The position numbers and the translations under genes are program-made. The notes under the pieces are model-generated. The model was not told where the DNA came from, ran no database searches, and saw nothing but the letters and a program-made list of their open reading frames with translations. 64,000 nt of DNA, from assembly GCA_963741445.1 (NCBI GenBank), contig CAVUIE010000006.1, positions 15,926 through 79,925 of the forward strand, written 5' to 3'. Shown here piece by piece: positions 36,339 through 47,440 of this stretch. The stretch is from an uncultured Chloroflexia bacterium (lineage in GTDB: Bacteria > Chloroflexota > Limnocylindria > Limnocylindrales > CSP1-4). The stretch's first letter is position 1. Each line of letters opens with the position of its first letter.

Positions 36339-39300
36339 ATGGTCCTCGCTCAGGAGCCGCGCCGCCCACCCGGCTCTCGGGCACGACCCCAGCGTGCGCC
36401 GACCCGCCCGCGACCCCTCGGCGCGGCCGAGGGTGGCCCGGGCGCCGATGAGGCGACCCGTGCCGCCGCCCTGCGCCGCATCGTCGCCGAGGTCAGCGGC
36501 AGCCAGGACCTCGACCGGCTGTTCCAGGAGGTCATCGACGCCTCGTTCGCGCTGTTCGGCGCGGACCGCGCCGGGCTCTGGATCTACGACGATTCGCCGG
36601 CGCCGCTGAACCTCGCCGCGCAGCGCGGCCTGTCGAGCGCGATGCTCGAGCTCATCGCGAGCCTCCCGCGCGACGCCCAGACGGTCGGCATGACCGCGCT
36701 CCGGGAGCGCCACGTCACGATCCTCGCCGGCGATCTCGAGGGGACCGTCCCGCGCCTCCAGCGGATGTACCGCGCGGAAGGCATCCGCTCGATGTGCTTC
36801 GTGCCGATCGTCTTCCGCGACGAGGTGCTCGGCCTCCTCGTCCTCTACCACCGGACCGATTACGAGTGGTCGGACGACGAGACCGACCTGGCGCGCTCGT
36901 TCGGCGACCACATCGCGATCGCGATGCAGAACACGCGCCTCGCCGAGGCCTCCCATGCGCTCGCCGAGCGCCTCGGGCGCGATCTCCGAGCTCGCCGTCC
37001 GGCTCAACCGCATCCACGACATCGACGGCATCGCGGCCTCGATCGTCGGCGAGGCCGGCCGGCTCATCGACCACGACACCATCCGCGTCTACCGCGTCGA
37101 CCACGATGCCGGCGATCTGCGAGCCGATCGCCTTCCAGGGCACGTTCCTCGGCAGCAGCGACCCCGACCCAGAGACGCTCCGGGTCGCCATCGGCGAGGG
37201 CCTCACCGGGTTGGGTCGCCGCGAACAACCAGACGGTCCGTTCGGGCGACGCGGGCGCCGACCCGCGCGGCGTGGTCATGGGCTCCAACGAGGAGCCCGA
37301 ATCGATGCTGATCGTCCCGATGGCCTTCGAGGACGTCGTCCACGGCGTGGTCGTGATCTCCAAGCGCGGTCGCGACCGCTTCGACGCCGACGACGAGACC
37401 ACGTTCGGGATCTTCGCGAGCTATGCCGCGCAGGCGCTGGTCAACGCCTCGAACGTCGGCCGGCTCCAGCTGCAGCAGGCCGAGCTGCACCACCAGCTGG
37501 TCAGCCAGCGGCGGCTGCTCGAGGTCAACGAGCGGCTGCTCTCGACCCTCGAGCCCAACAGCGTCCTCGACCTGATCGCCAATTCGCTCAAGGTCATCGT
37601 CCCGTACGACACGCTGACCATCTACCGCGTGGACCGGGTCGCCGGCGTCCGCCGCGCGGTCATCGCCCGCGACCGATTCGCGGACCTCATCCTCGCCCAC
37701 GAGAGCCCACTCGGCGTCGGGATCAGCGGCTGGGTCGTCGACCACGGCGAGGCGGTCCTGGCCAACGAGGCGCACAACGACCCGCGTTCCGTCCAGGTGC
37801 CCGGGACCCCGTTCGAGCCGGAGTCGATGATCGTGGTCCCGCTGCTCGTCGGCGGCGAGGCCATCGGCACGCTCAACATCGGCCGGATGGGCGAGGCGGA
37901 GGCGTTCTTCAGCGCGAACGAGTTCGACCTGACCAAGCTGTTCGCGGGCCAGGCGTCGATCGCCCTCCAGAACGCCGAGACCCACGGCGAGGTCCGGGTC
38001 CGCGCGGAGCACGACGCGCTCACCGGCATCCGCAACCACGGCGCCTTCCAGGCGGACCTGGGCGAGGCCGTCCGGGCGGGCGGCAGCGGCGGCCCCTTCG
38101 CGGTCCTGATGATGGACCTCGACGCGTTCAAGGCCTTCAACGACACGCGCGGGCACCCGGCCGGCGATGCGCTGCTGACCGGGATCGCACGGGCGATGAG
38201 CGCGGCGGTCCGCGACGGCGACCGCATCTACCGCTACGGCGGCGACGAGTTCGCCGCGATCCTGCCGGGCGCGGACCGGGTCGCCGCCCACGACGTGGCC
38301 GAGCGGCTGCGCCGCACGGTGGCGGAGCTGTCCAGCGGGACGCCGCGGGTCTCGATCAGCGTCGGCGTGTCCTGCTACCCGGACGACGGCCGCTCGAAGG
38401 ACGCCCTCGTGGCCGTCGCCGACCGGGCGATGTACCTCGCCAAGCCGACGGCGCCGGTCGCCGACGGCGCGGCCCTGAGCGACGACCCGTACCTGCGCGC
38501 GCTCGACGAGACGGCCCTGGCCCTGCTCGATCGCCGCGACGGCGCGATGCTGCTCGAGACGATCCTGACCCGCGCCTGCTCGCTGCTGGGCACCCCGCAC
38601 GGCTACATCTTCATCGCCGAGCCGGACGGCCTCGAGCTGGACCTCCGCCACGGCTCCGGGCTCTTCGCCCAGGGCGTCGGCCATCGCCAGCCCGTGGACA
38701 AGGGCATCGGCGGCCAGGTCTTCCTGACGGGCCAGCCCGTCACGGTCGACGACTACGACGCGTGGGCGCGGCGCGCCGGGATCGTGCCCAACGGGATGCT
38801 CAGCGCCGTCGTCGGCGTGCCGCTGTTCTCGGGCGACGAGGTCGTCGGCGTCATCGGCCTGGCGTCGAGCGCGGCCGACCGCACGTTCGGTCAGCGCGAC
38901 GTGGCGGCGCTGACGCGTTTCGCCCAGCTGGCCTCGATCGCCATCGACAACGCGCGCCTCGTCGACGTCGCGAAGCGCGGCGCCCTCTACGACCCCACGA
39001 CCGGCCTGCCGAACCGGGAGCTGCTGACGGACCGCATCGCCCACGCGCTCTCGCGCGTCCGGCCGGACGAGGCGGCCGATCGCGGTGATCATGCTCGACC
39101 TCGACCGCTTCAAGGTCATCAACGAGAGCGTCGGTCACGCCGTCGGCGACCGGATGCTCATCGCGGTCGGACAGCGGCTCGCCGCGAGCCTGCGGCCCGG
39201 CGACACGGTCGCCCGGTTCGGCGGCGACGAGTTCGGGATCATCCTCGACCCCGTCTCCGATGAGGGCGAGGCGCGGCGGATCGCCGAGGCGATCGCGTCC

Positions 39301-40302
39301 GAGCTGCGGGCGCCGTTCTCGCTGAGCGGCCGCGAATGGTTCATCAGCGCCTCGATCGGCATCGCCCTCGGCGAGCCCGGCCGGGTCACGCCGGACGAGC
39401 TGCTGCGCGAGGCCGAGGTCGCGATGGTCCGGGCCAAGGGCGACCCGGCCGGGCGCTTCGCCCTGTTCGACCCGTCGATGAGCGCCCAGACGCTGGAGCG
39501 CCTCGACCTCGAGAGCGACCTCCGACGGGCCCTGGAACGCGACGAGCTGCGCGCCCACTACCAGCCGATCATGGACCTCCGGACCGACCGGATCGTCGGC
39601 TTCGAGGCCCTGGTCCGCTGGCAGCACCCCGAACGCGGGCTGGTCCCGCCGCTGTCGTTCATCGGCCTGGCCGAGGAGACCGGGCTGATCGCGCCGCTCG
39701 GCCGCTGGGTGCTCAAGACCGCCTGCCGGCAGGCGGCATCGTGGCGCGCGCTGGCCCCGGCCGGGGACCCGCTCGTGATGTCGGTCAACCTCTCGGCCCG
39801 CCAGTTCACGCAGCCGGACCTCGTCGACCAGATCGTCGAGATCCTCGCCGAGACCGGCCTCGAGCCGTCATCGCTGGAGCTCGAGATCACCGAGTCGGTC
39901 GTGATGGACCAGTCCGAGACGGGCGTCCGGGCGCTGCGGCGGCTGCGCGAGCTCGGGGTGCGCCTGGTCCTCGACGACTTCGGGACCGGCTACTCGTCGC
40001 TGTCCTATCTGAAGCACCTGCCGCTCGACACGATCAAGATCGACCGCTCGTTCGTCGCCGGACTGGAGGCGACCGCCGACCGCTCGATCGTGGAGGCCGT
40101 CATCGCGCTGGCGCACGGCCTCGGCATCGGGGTCGTCGCGGAGGGCATCGAGACCGACGCGCAGCGGCGCCGGCTCATCGAGCTCGGCTGCGACCTCGGG
40201 CAGGGCTACCTGTTCTCGCGCCCGGTCCCCGCGAAGGACGCCGGGCGGCTGCTCAAGCGGCGGACCCCGATCCGCCCGCGCCGCCGCCAGGGCGACGCCT
40301 GA
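36339..40302 (+). CDS. Multi-GAF diguanylate cyclase/phosphodiesterase (GAF-GAF-GAF-GGDEF-GAF-GGDEF-EAL); frameshifted
   Basis: DALTG...DLDAFK...RYGGDEF; DPTTGLPNR...DLDRFK...RFGGDEF; YQP, EAL, EITE, DDFGTGYSSL, AEGIE, QGY. Confidence 0.9.
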
Positions 40303-40305
40303 TCC

Positions 40306-41055
40306 CTAGTTCCGGCTGCCGGTCAGGCGCAGGAAGAACAGGAACAGGTTGATGAAGTCCAGGTAGAGCTGGAGGGCGCCGATCACTGCTGCCTTCTCCA
40401 TCGACCCGGTCTGCGCGGCGAGTGCGCCCGACTGGATCTTCTGGACGTCGTAGGCGGTCAACGCCGTGAAGATCACGATGCCGACGACCGAGATGATCCA
40501 GTTGAGGCTATCCCAGCCGAGGAAGATGTTCAGGACCGAGGCGACGAGGATGCCGATCAGGCCCATGAACAGGTACCCGCCGAGGCCCGCGAGCGAGCGC
40601 TTGGTGGTGGCGCCGTAGACGGCCGCAGCGCCGAACATGGCCGAGGCGCTCACGAACGCCGTCACGACCGAGGCCTGCGTGTAGGCGAAGACGATCGCGC
40701 CGATCGTGATGCCGAGGGTCGCCGCGTAGACGAAGAACAGGCCCAGGGCAGCCGTCGCGCTGATCCGGCTGATCGCGGCCGAGATCGCCATCACGATCCC
40801 GAGCTGGACGAGGAACAGGATGAAGAAGCTGTCGTAGGCGAACTTCAGGATCGTGGCGTTCGACTGGACGACGTAGGCGACGGCCGCCGTGACCAGCAGG
40901 CCGGCGAACATCCACAGGAAGGCGTGGCTCAGGAACGCGGCCTGCAGCCTGGCATCGGGCTTGACGCCGAGCTGGGCCGGCGATGCGTATGGGGCGTGGG
41001 TCGCCGCCGGGGTCGCTGACGAGTAGGGGGAGTTGGGGTTCGGGTTCTGCGTCAT
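40306..41055 (-). CDS. Bax inhibitor-1/YccA family membrane protein
   Basis: About seven hydrophobic segments, TAYDVQKI, GALQLYLDFINLF. Confidence 0.93.
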   Translation of the reverse strand: MTQNPNPNSPYSSATPAATHAPYASPAQLGVKPDARLQAAFLSHAFLWMFAGLLVTAAVAYVVQSNATILKFAYDSFFILFLVQLGIVMAISAAISRISATAALGLFFVYAATLGITIGAIVFAYTQASVVTAFVSASAMFGAAAVYGATTKRSLAGLGGYLFMGLIGILVASVLNIFLGWDSLNWIISVVGIVIFTALTAYDVQKIQSGALAAQTGSMEKAAVIGALQLYLDFINLFLFFLRLTGSRN

Positions 41056-41144
41056 CGTGCCTTCGGCTCCTTGTCAGTCGTTCGTGCGGCTGATCGAGTC
41101 ATCTCAACGTAGCACGGCGTGTCATGCACGCCGGCGGACCGCCT

Positions 41145-41474
41145 TCACCACATCAGGCCGGCGTCGCGCGGGTCCCAGCGCTCGGCCAGCAGGGTCACCT
41201 TGACGTCGTGCTCGACGACGGTCTCGGTCTGCTCCTTGACCTGCGCGATCATCGAGCCGGCGTAGGGGCAGAACGGGGTCGTCAGGATCATCTTGATCTC
41301 GGTCGAGTCGGGCCCGAGCAGGATCTGCTTGATCAGGGCCAGCTCGACGACGTTCATCCCGATCTCCGGGTCGACGACGCTCCGGAGGGCATCGAGGATG
41401 GCGAGCTCGGTCGCGCGGCGCTCCGGGTCGAAGGCGGCGGCGGCGTCGGTCTGGGTGGTCGTCGTGTCGGTCAT
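41145..41474 (-). CDS. Metal-sulfur cluster assembly factor (DUF59/SufT-like)
   Basis: LRSVVDPEIGMNVVELALI...LTTPFCP. Confidence 0.9.
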   Translation of the reverse strand: MTDTTTTQTDAAAAFDPERRATELAILDALRSVVDPEIGMNVVELALIKQILLGPDSTEIKMILTTPFCPYAGSMIAQVKEQTETVVEHDVKVTLLAERWDPRDAGLMW

Positions 41475-41545
41475 GCGGCGGGTCGTGCTCCGGATGCGGA
41501 GCAAGAGCGTATCACCAGCACGAGAACGAGCCCCTGGGAGGGCGG

Positions 41546-41887
41546 TCAGACGGCAGCGGGCTCGGCGTCGGTCGCGGCCTTGACCACGATGCCCGGGCGC
41601 TGGTACTGCGCCGGCAGGCCGGCCGCCTCGGCCTCGGAGTAGCCGGGTCCGGTGAGCGACCCGTCGGCCTCGAAGAAGTCCGCGTAGCGCTCGCGGTGGT
41701 CCGCGGCGTAGGTGAACGCGGCGGCGACCCCCAGGCGGCGGAGCTCCGGGTGGTCGTTGAGGATGCGGGTCAGGTCGTAGCCGTTGGCGCGCAGCTCGAG
41801 CAGCTGTCGGACGGTCAGCCGCGACCCGTAGCAGAACGGCTCACCGTTGAGCACCAGCGGATCCTGCTGCACCCACTTGACGGTCAT
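41546..41887 (-). CDS. DUF433 domain protein
   Basis: DPLVLNGEPFCYGSRLTV...ILNDHPEL...AAFTYA. Confidence 0.8.
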   Translation of the reverse strand: MTVKWVQQDPLVLNGEPFCYGSRLTVRQLLELRANGYDLTRILNDHPELRRLGVAAAFTYAADHRERYADFFEADGSLTGPGYSEAEAAGLPAQYQRPGIVVKAATDAEPAAV

Positions 41888-41894
41888 CGGTGGG

Positions 41895-42380
41895 TCAGCC
41901 GCCCTTGTAGAGGAACTGGAGAAGGGCGTTCTTCTTGCGCGCATCGCCCGCCAGCCGGCGGTGCCACTTCGTACGCGCGGATCGCCTCGTCCAGGGCGGC
42001 ATCGGCCGCGGGCATCTCGCGCCGGGGCCAGCACGCTCGGGAATGCCGCCCGGAGGCCTTCGCACAGGGCGACGAGGTCGTCCATCGAGACCTTGCGGCG
42101 CCGGTACAGCGCCGACGTGTACTCCCCGTAGACGAACGCCGGCGAGGGGTCGTCGGCGGCGACGCACAGGGCGATGCGCTCGGCGAGGAGCGTCGCGTCG
42201 TGCATGAGCTGGCGGAGGCCGGCCTCGTCGTAGCGCTCGCGCAGGCCGGGCGTCGAGTCGAGCGCGACCTCGAGGGCGCGCGCGCCCGAGGCGGTCCTTG
42301 TTGGCGCGGATCCGCTCGGCTGCGGCCGGGAAGCCGCGGGTGAGGTCGAGGGGCGGGTTGCCGAGGCTGTAGTGGCTCAC
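41895..42380 (-). CDS. Hypothetical protein with a predicted globin/phycobiliprotein-like fold; frameshifted
   Basis: Reconstructed about 160 aa: AAERIRANKDRL...PGLRERYDEAGLRQLMHD...CVAADDPS...LYRRRKVSMDDLV...; fold is my inference. Confidence 0.6.
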   Translation of the reverse strand: MSHYSLGNPPLDLTRGFPAAAERIRANKDRLGRARPRGRARLDARPARALRRGRPPPAHARRDAPRRAHRPVRRRRRPLAGVRLRGVHVGAVPAPQGLDGRPRRPVRRPPGGIPERAGPGARCPRPMPPWTRRSARTKWHRRLAGDARKKNALLQFLYKGG

Positions 42381-42408
42381 GCCCGAAGGATAGCGTGCGG
42401 CGACTACG

Positions 42409-42915
42409 ATGGCGTCGATGGAGGAGCCGCGACCCGAGCCGCCCGCGAGCCCGCCGCCGAGCCCGGCGCCGGGCGAGCGCCGGCTCGCCCACCCGCCTTC
42501 GGACCGCTATCGCACGACCGCACCGGCGGATGCCGACGGGTCGTCCGGGTCCATGGCCCGCGCGGTGGTCTTCGGGGTCCTGACCGGGATCGGCGGCGCC
42601 GCGGCCATCGTCCTGCTCGGCGGCGTCCTCGCCCTGAGCACGTCCCTGGTGGTCCTCGCGCCGTTCCTCGGCTGGACGATCGCGTGGGCGGTCAAGACCG
42701 GGGCGGACGGCACCGTGTCGCGGCCGCGGCTCGCGATGCTGGCGCTGCTCCTCGCCTTCGGCGCGGTGGTGCTCGGTCAGCTCGGCCTGTGGCTCTACGC
42801 GCGGACGGAGGGCGGCGTCCTGCCGTTCACCGACTACCTCGGGGAGGTCTACGGCGTGCTGGTGCCGCTCCAGTTCCTCTTCGCCGTGCCGATCGCCTGG
42901 GCGACGACGAGGTGA
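42409..42915 (+). CDS. Hypothetical membrane protein
   Basis: Intact ORF with four hydrophobic segments; GTGA overlap with the GNAT gene; true start may be ATG 42418. Confidence 0.7.
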   Translation: MASMEEPRPEPPASPPPSPAPGERRLAHPPSDRYRTTAPADADGSSGSMARAVVFGVLTGIGGAAAIVLLGGVLALSTSLVVLAPFLGWTIAWAVKTGADGTVSRPRLAMLALLLAFGAVVLGQLGLWLYARTEGGVLPFTDYLGEVYGVLVPLQFLFAVPIAWATTR

Positions 42916-43425
42916 GCGACGACGTCCGGTTCCGCCGGCCGACCACCGACGACCACCGGGCGATCGTGTCGCTCGTCGACGAGTGGTGGGGCGGGCGGCA
43001 CGTGCACGCGCTGCTGCCGCACCTCTGGTTCGAGCACTTCACGCGGACGTCGTGGATGGCCGAATCGGGCGACGGGCGCCTCGCGGGATTCCTCGTCGGA
43101 TTCATCACGCCGGACGACCCGGAGACCGCGTACATCCACATGGTCGGGACCGACCCCAACCGGCGCCGCGCGCGGGCTCGGCCGACAGCTGTACGAGCGC
43201 TTCTTCGACGACGTGGCGCAGCGCGGTGCCCGGCGCGTCGCCGCCGTGACCTGGCCTGGCAACCGGATCTCGGTGGCGTTCCACACGGCGATGGGCTTCC
43301 GTCCGGACGACGGGCCCGGCACGCAGCGGCTCTACGGGACGCCGGCGTGGCCGGACTTCGACGGCGACGGCGAGGACCGCGTCCGCTTCAGCCGGGAGCT
43401 GGAGCCCCGACCGCCGCAGGCGTGA
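42912..43425 (+). CDS. GNAT family N-acetyltransferase; frameshifted
   Basis: WWGGR, LAGFLVGF, AYIHMVGTDP.R, NRISVAFHTAMGF. Confidence 0.88.
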
Positions 43426-44702
43426 GCTGCTCGCGCAGCAGGCGCCCGAAGCGGGCCGCCCGATCCGCGGGCGGGACCACGTCGACCCAGCGACGAAGCA
43501 GCGCCTCGCCCTCGGCGTAGACGAAGACGTACGTCCGCCACAGCGGGTGCTCGATGAACTCGAGCCGCTTCGCGGCGGTCTCGGCGGACATCCGCCCGAC
43601 GGTCCGAAGGTAGTCGAGGACGTCCTCGTGGCTGCGGCCGTCCGCGTGCCGGAGGATCGCGGCGTTGCCGCGGATCGCCGAGAGAGCGCGCCGAGCCGCC
43701 GCGAGGGCCACGGTCCGCTCGGCGGCCTCGCGGGCGGCGGCCGGATCGGCGGCGATGGGCAGCCCGGCACGCTCGTAGACCTCGACCAGCAGGTCGGCCC
43801 GTTCGTCGTCGGGAGCCGCGAACCCGATCCCGAGGTCGGCCAGCCCTTCGCTGATCAGGCACTCCGGCGTGTTGATCAGCAGGACCGACGCCTCGAGGCG
43901 GCCGAGGCGGTCGACGAGGGTCGCCTCCTTCCAGGCATGTTCGAGGTGATGGCCCGGGTACGTCTCGTGGGCGACCGTGTCGATGAGCGCGGTCGCGCGG
44001 ACGGGGAGGTCGGTGTTGATGTCGACGCGCGAGCGGCGGCCGCCGTCGAACCAGTTGTAGCCCGACCACGGCTGGGCCCGGACGAGCGAGACCCGCAGGT
44101 CCTCGCCGTCGGGCAGCCCGAACGTCGTCGCGGCGCGAGCGCGGAACCGCGCCACGAGCCGATCGAGGACCGGCGGCAGCCGGTCGGTCGCGATCTCGAA
44201 CCGGCGGTCCCACGCCTCGAGCCGGTCGGTCAGCGCCGCGTCCCCGGGGAGCAGCGCGTCGATGGCCGCGGCCGCGTCGTCGAACTCGGCGTCCGGGCGG
44301 CGCGGCGGCCGGTAGGCGAAGCAGCGCGTCGACGTGGTCCAGGTACGGCAGCGGGTCGCCGGCCAGCGCGGCGGCCTGTGTCTCGAGCGCGACGAGCTGC
44401 GCGTCCAGCCAGGCCCGCCGGTCGTCGTCGGCCACCTCGGTCGGCAGGCGGTCGCGCAGGTCCGCGGCGTCCTGGCGCAGCCGGGCCGGCGGACGGCCCT
44501 GCTCCATGTCGACCTGGGCCTTGAGGTCGGCCGGACCGAAGTAGCCGTCGACGAGCCCCGGGATGCGCTGGTCGAGCCGGAGCGCGAGCAGGAGGTAGTC
44601 GCGGGCGACCGCGTCAGGCGCCGGGACGATCCGCGTCCCGCCGACGGCCGGGACGCATGCGGCGTTCGTCCGGCGCCCGTCCTCGCCGGACGCGTCAGGC
44701 AT
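43388..44702 (-). CDS. DUF885-like putative zinc metallopeptidase; frameshifted
   Basis: VDGYFGP, WSGYNWF, AHETYPGHH, ISEGLA, YVFVY. Confidence 0.7.
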
Positions 44703-45042
44703 CGCCCGCGCCCAGGCCACCGGTCTCGCCGGCGAACGGCATGTGCTGGCGCTCGACGGCGTCGAGGCTCATCCGCAGCGCCGCCGTCTTCTGCTCGGCG
44801 ACCTCGCGGACATAGGCGGCCTCCTCGTCGGCGGTCATCGGGCGGCCGCGGACGATGTCCTTCGGCTTGCCGACCATCAGCCACGACAGGTGGTAGCGGT
44901 CCATCGTGCCCCACGCCGTCGAGAGCAGGTCGTCCGAGTGCTGGAGCCAGACCCGCAGCGAGCCCATCGACGGATCGGCGATGAGGCGGTCGCCCTCGTC
45001 GACGAGCTGGCGGGTGCGGCGGATGAGCTCGTCGCGGGTCAT
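44695..45042 (-). CDS. Hypothetical protein
   Basis: MTRDELIRR... start overlapping the upstream stop (ATGA); GC-rich third positions. Confidence 0.7.
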   Translation of the reverse strand: MTRDELIRRTRQLVDEGDRLIADPSMGSLRVWLQHSDDLLSTAWGTMDRYHLSWLMVGKPKDIVRGRPMTADEEAAYVREVAEQKTAALRMSLDAVERQHMPFAGETGGLGAGDA

Positions 45043-45955
45043 CCGGCGTCGATCGCGGCGCCGTGGATGAACGCCTCGCGATCGGCCCGGGCGCGGGCGG
45101 ACCACGGACCGGGCAGCCCGGTCCCGATCGGCGCGCCCGCGAACCGGGTCACCGGCAGGACCCCGGCGACGCTCGACGAGATGAACGCCTCGTCGGCGGC
45201 CGCCAGGTCGGCCGGGGTGAGGCGGCCCTCGTGGACGCGCAGGCCGACGCGGCCGCCCCAGGCGAGCAGCCACGACCGCGTGGTGCCGGGCAGGATCGCG
45301 CAGTCGAGCGACGGCGTCGCGAGCTCCTCGACGCCGTCCGGCGCCGGCGGACCAGGAAGACGTTGGCGGTCGTGGCCTCCGAGAGGTGGCCGTCGATCGT
45401 GAGGAACAGGGCGTCGTCGGCGCCGGCCCGGCGCGCCTCGACCCGCGCGTAGACGTAGTCCGCGCGCGACGTGGTCTTGAGCGCCGCCAGGGGGTTCTCC
45501 GGGTCGCGCCGCACCGCCGAGGCGACGAGGTGCAGGCCTCGCGCCAGGTGGTCCGCGGGCGGCGGGACGACCGGCCAGGCCTGGATCGCGATGGTGGCGT
45601 GCACCGCCTCGTCGGGCGGCAGCAGGCCGCGGGTGCGGACCGGTCCGCGCGACACGGTGATCCGGATCGAGGCGTCGCCGTCCGGGCCGCCCAGGCCCTC
45701 GGCGTCCAGCAGGTCGGCGATCCCGGTGGCGATCAGCGCGTCGAGGTCCGCGGGCAGGGCGATCGCCAGGCCGTCGGCGGAGCGGCGCAGCCGGGCGAGG
45801 TGCTCCGGCAGCTCGGTCGGTCCGGCCGCCGCGGGCGCGGAGCGTCTCGAAGATGCCGTCGCCCAGCTGGAAGCCCCGGTCGAAGACCGAGAGGTGCGCG
45901 CCGTCGGCGGGCAGCAGCCGCCCGTCGACCCAGACGTGCCCGGCGCCTGGGCCAT
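45039..45955 (-). CDS. Aminotransferase class IV (PabC/IlvE-like); frameshifted
   Basis: [52 protein letters not shown]. Confidence 0.88.
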
Positions 45956-45957
45956 GG

Positions 45958-47391
45958 TCAGGCGACCTCGACCCCGCCGATCGCGGACAGCGGGCCGCGC
46001 GCCTTCGCGACGGTCTCGTCCCACTCGGCGCCGGGATCGCTCCGGTAGGTGATCCCGCCGCCGACGTGCAGGGTCAGCTGGCGGCCGTCCGCGACGAGCG
46101 TCCGGATCAGGATGCTGGTCTGCATCGCCCCGTCCGGGCCCGATCCAGCCGAGCGCCCCGGTGTACGGGCCGCGGCGGACCGGCTCGAGCTCCTCGAGGA
46201 TCTCCATCGCCCGGATCTTCGGGGCGCCGGTGATCGACCCGCCCGGGAAGGAGGCGGCCAGCAGGTCGAACGCGTCGCGGCCCGGCGGCGAGCCGGCCGG
46301 TGACCGTCGAGACCAGGTGCTGGACCGCGGCGGTCCGCTCGAGCCGGCACAGCCGTGGGACGCGGACGCTCCCCGGCCGGCAGACCCGCCCGAGGTCGTT
46401 GCGCAGCACGTCGACGATCATCACGTTCTCGGCGCGGTCCTTGCCGCTCGTGAGCAGCTCGCGCGCCAGCGCACGGTCCTCGGCGCGATCGCGACCACGC
46501 GGCCGCGTGCCCTTGATCGGGTCCGTGCTGACCGACCCGTCGGCGTCGACCGACAAGGAACGGCTCCGGCGAGGCCGAGAGCAGCGCCCGCGGCCGGCCG
46601 GACAGCTGGCTCGGGCCGAGGTCGAGATACGCGGAGAAGAGCGACGGGTCGCCGGTCCGCAGCCGTCGGTAGCGGTCCCACGGGTCGGCGTCGAACGGAG
46701 TCGCCAGCCGACGGGTGAGGTTCGCCTGGTAGATGTCGCCGCGGGCGATGTGGTCGCGGACCAGGCTCGACCCGGGCCTCGTACTCGGCGCGCGACAGGC
46801 CCGGACCGGAACTCGAGGGTCGGGGCGTCGCTCGGGCTCGTCGTCGATGGCGGCGCCTGCCCGGATCCCGGGGCTGGTCAGCCGGTCGTGGACGTCGTCG
46901 AGCCGTCGCGACAGCCGGCGGGCATCCCCGTCGATCGCCCGCCCGCCGAGCCAGGCGTACCCCGTGCGGCGGTCCCACGCGACGACCCAGTCGTGCAGCG
47001 CCAGCCGGAGCAGCGGGAGCCCCTGGTCGTCGGCCGCGATCGACGGCAGCCGCTCGAGGGCGTGCCCGAGGTCGTAGCCGAGGAAACCGACCAGGCCGCC
47101 GAGGAATCGCGGGGCGTCGGCCGGGATGACGGCCGTCCGGTCGAGCCGGGCGACGAGCCGTCGCGCGACCGCGAACGGATCCGGCCCGGCGGCCGGGCCC
47201 TCGAGGACGGCGACCGGATCGGCGGTCAGGTAGGTCCAGCGCGCGTTGCGGCCGGGGCGGGCGCTCTCGAGCAGGGCGAGGCCCGGCAGGTCGCGGAACG
47301 CTTCGGCGACGTCGATCGGGCGGGCGGCCGCGAGGCGGTCCGGGAGCCGGCGCAGCCGGAGCGGGGCACTCGGTCGGGGCGTGGGGATCAC
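45958..47391 (-). CDS. pabB: Aminodeoxychorismate synthase component I (chorismate-binding); frameshifted
   Basis: [60 protein letters not shown]. Confidence 0.85.
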   Translation of the reverse strand: MIPTPRPSAPLRLRRLPDRLAAARPIDVAEAFRDLPGLALLESARPGRNARWTYLTADPVAVLEGPAAGPDPFAVARRLVARLDRTAVIPADAPRFLGGLVGFLGYDLGHALERLPSIAADDQGLPLLRLALHDWVVAWDRRTGYAWLGGRAIDGDARRLSRRLDDVHDRLTSPGIRAGAAIDDEPERRPDPRVPVRACRAPSTRPGSSLVRDHIARGDIYQANLTRRLATPFDADPWDRYRRLRTGDPSLFSAYLDLGPSQLSGRPRALLSASPEPFLVGRRRRVGQHGPDQGHAAAWSRSRRGPCAGARAAHERQGPRRERDDRRRAAQRPRAGLPAGERPRPTAVPARADRRGPAPGLDGHRPARRRAATRSTCWPPPSRAGRSPAPRRSGRWRSSRSSSRSAAARTPGRSAGSGPDGAMQTSILIRTLVADGRQLTLHVGGGITYRSDPGAEWDETVAKARGPLSAIGGVEVA

Positions 47392-47440
47392 GGCGCGATG
47401 ATACGGCGCGACCGCCCGCAGCCCGCTAGCATCGCGTCCC

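Noticed and set aside
43388-44914. Fusion of the hypothetical protein with the DUF885-like protein; likewise 41546-42205 and 51635-53836
   Set aside because: Each joins separate genes through indels; internal starts overlapping upstream stops, or separate adjacent starts, are visible.
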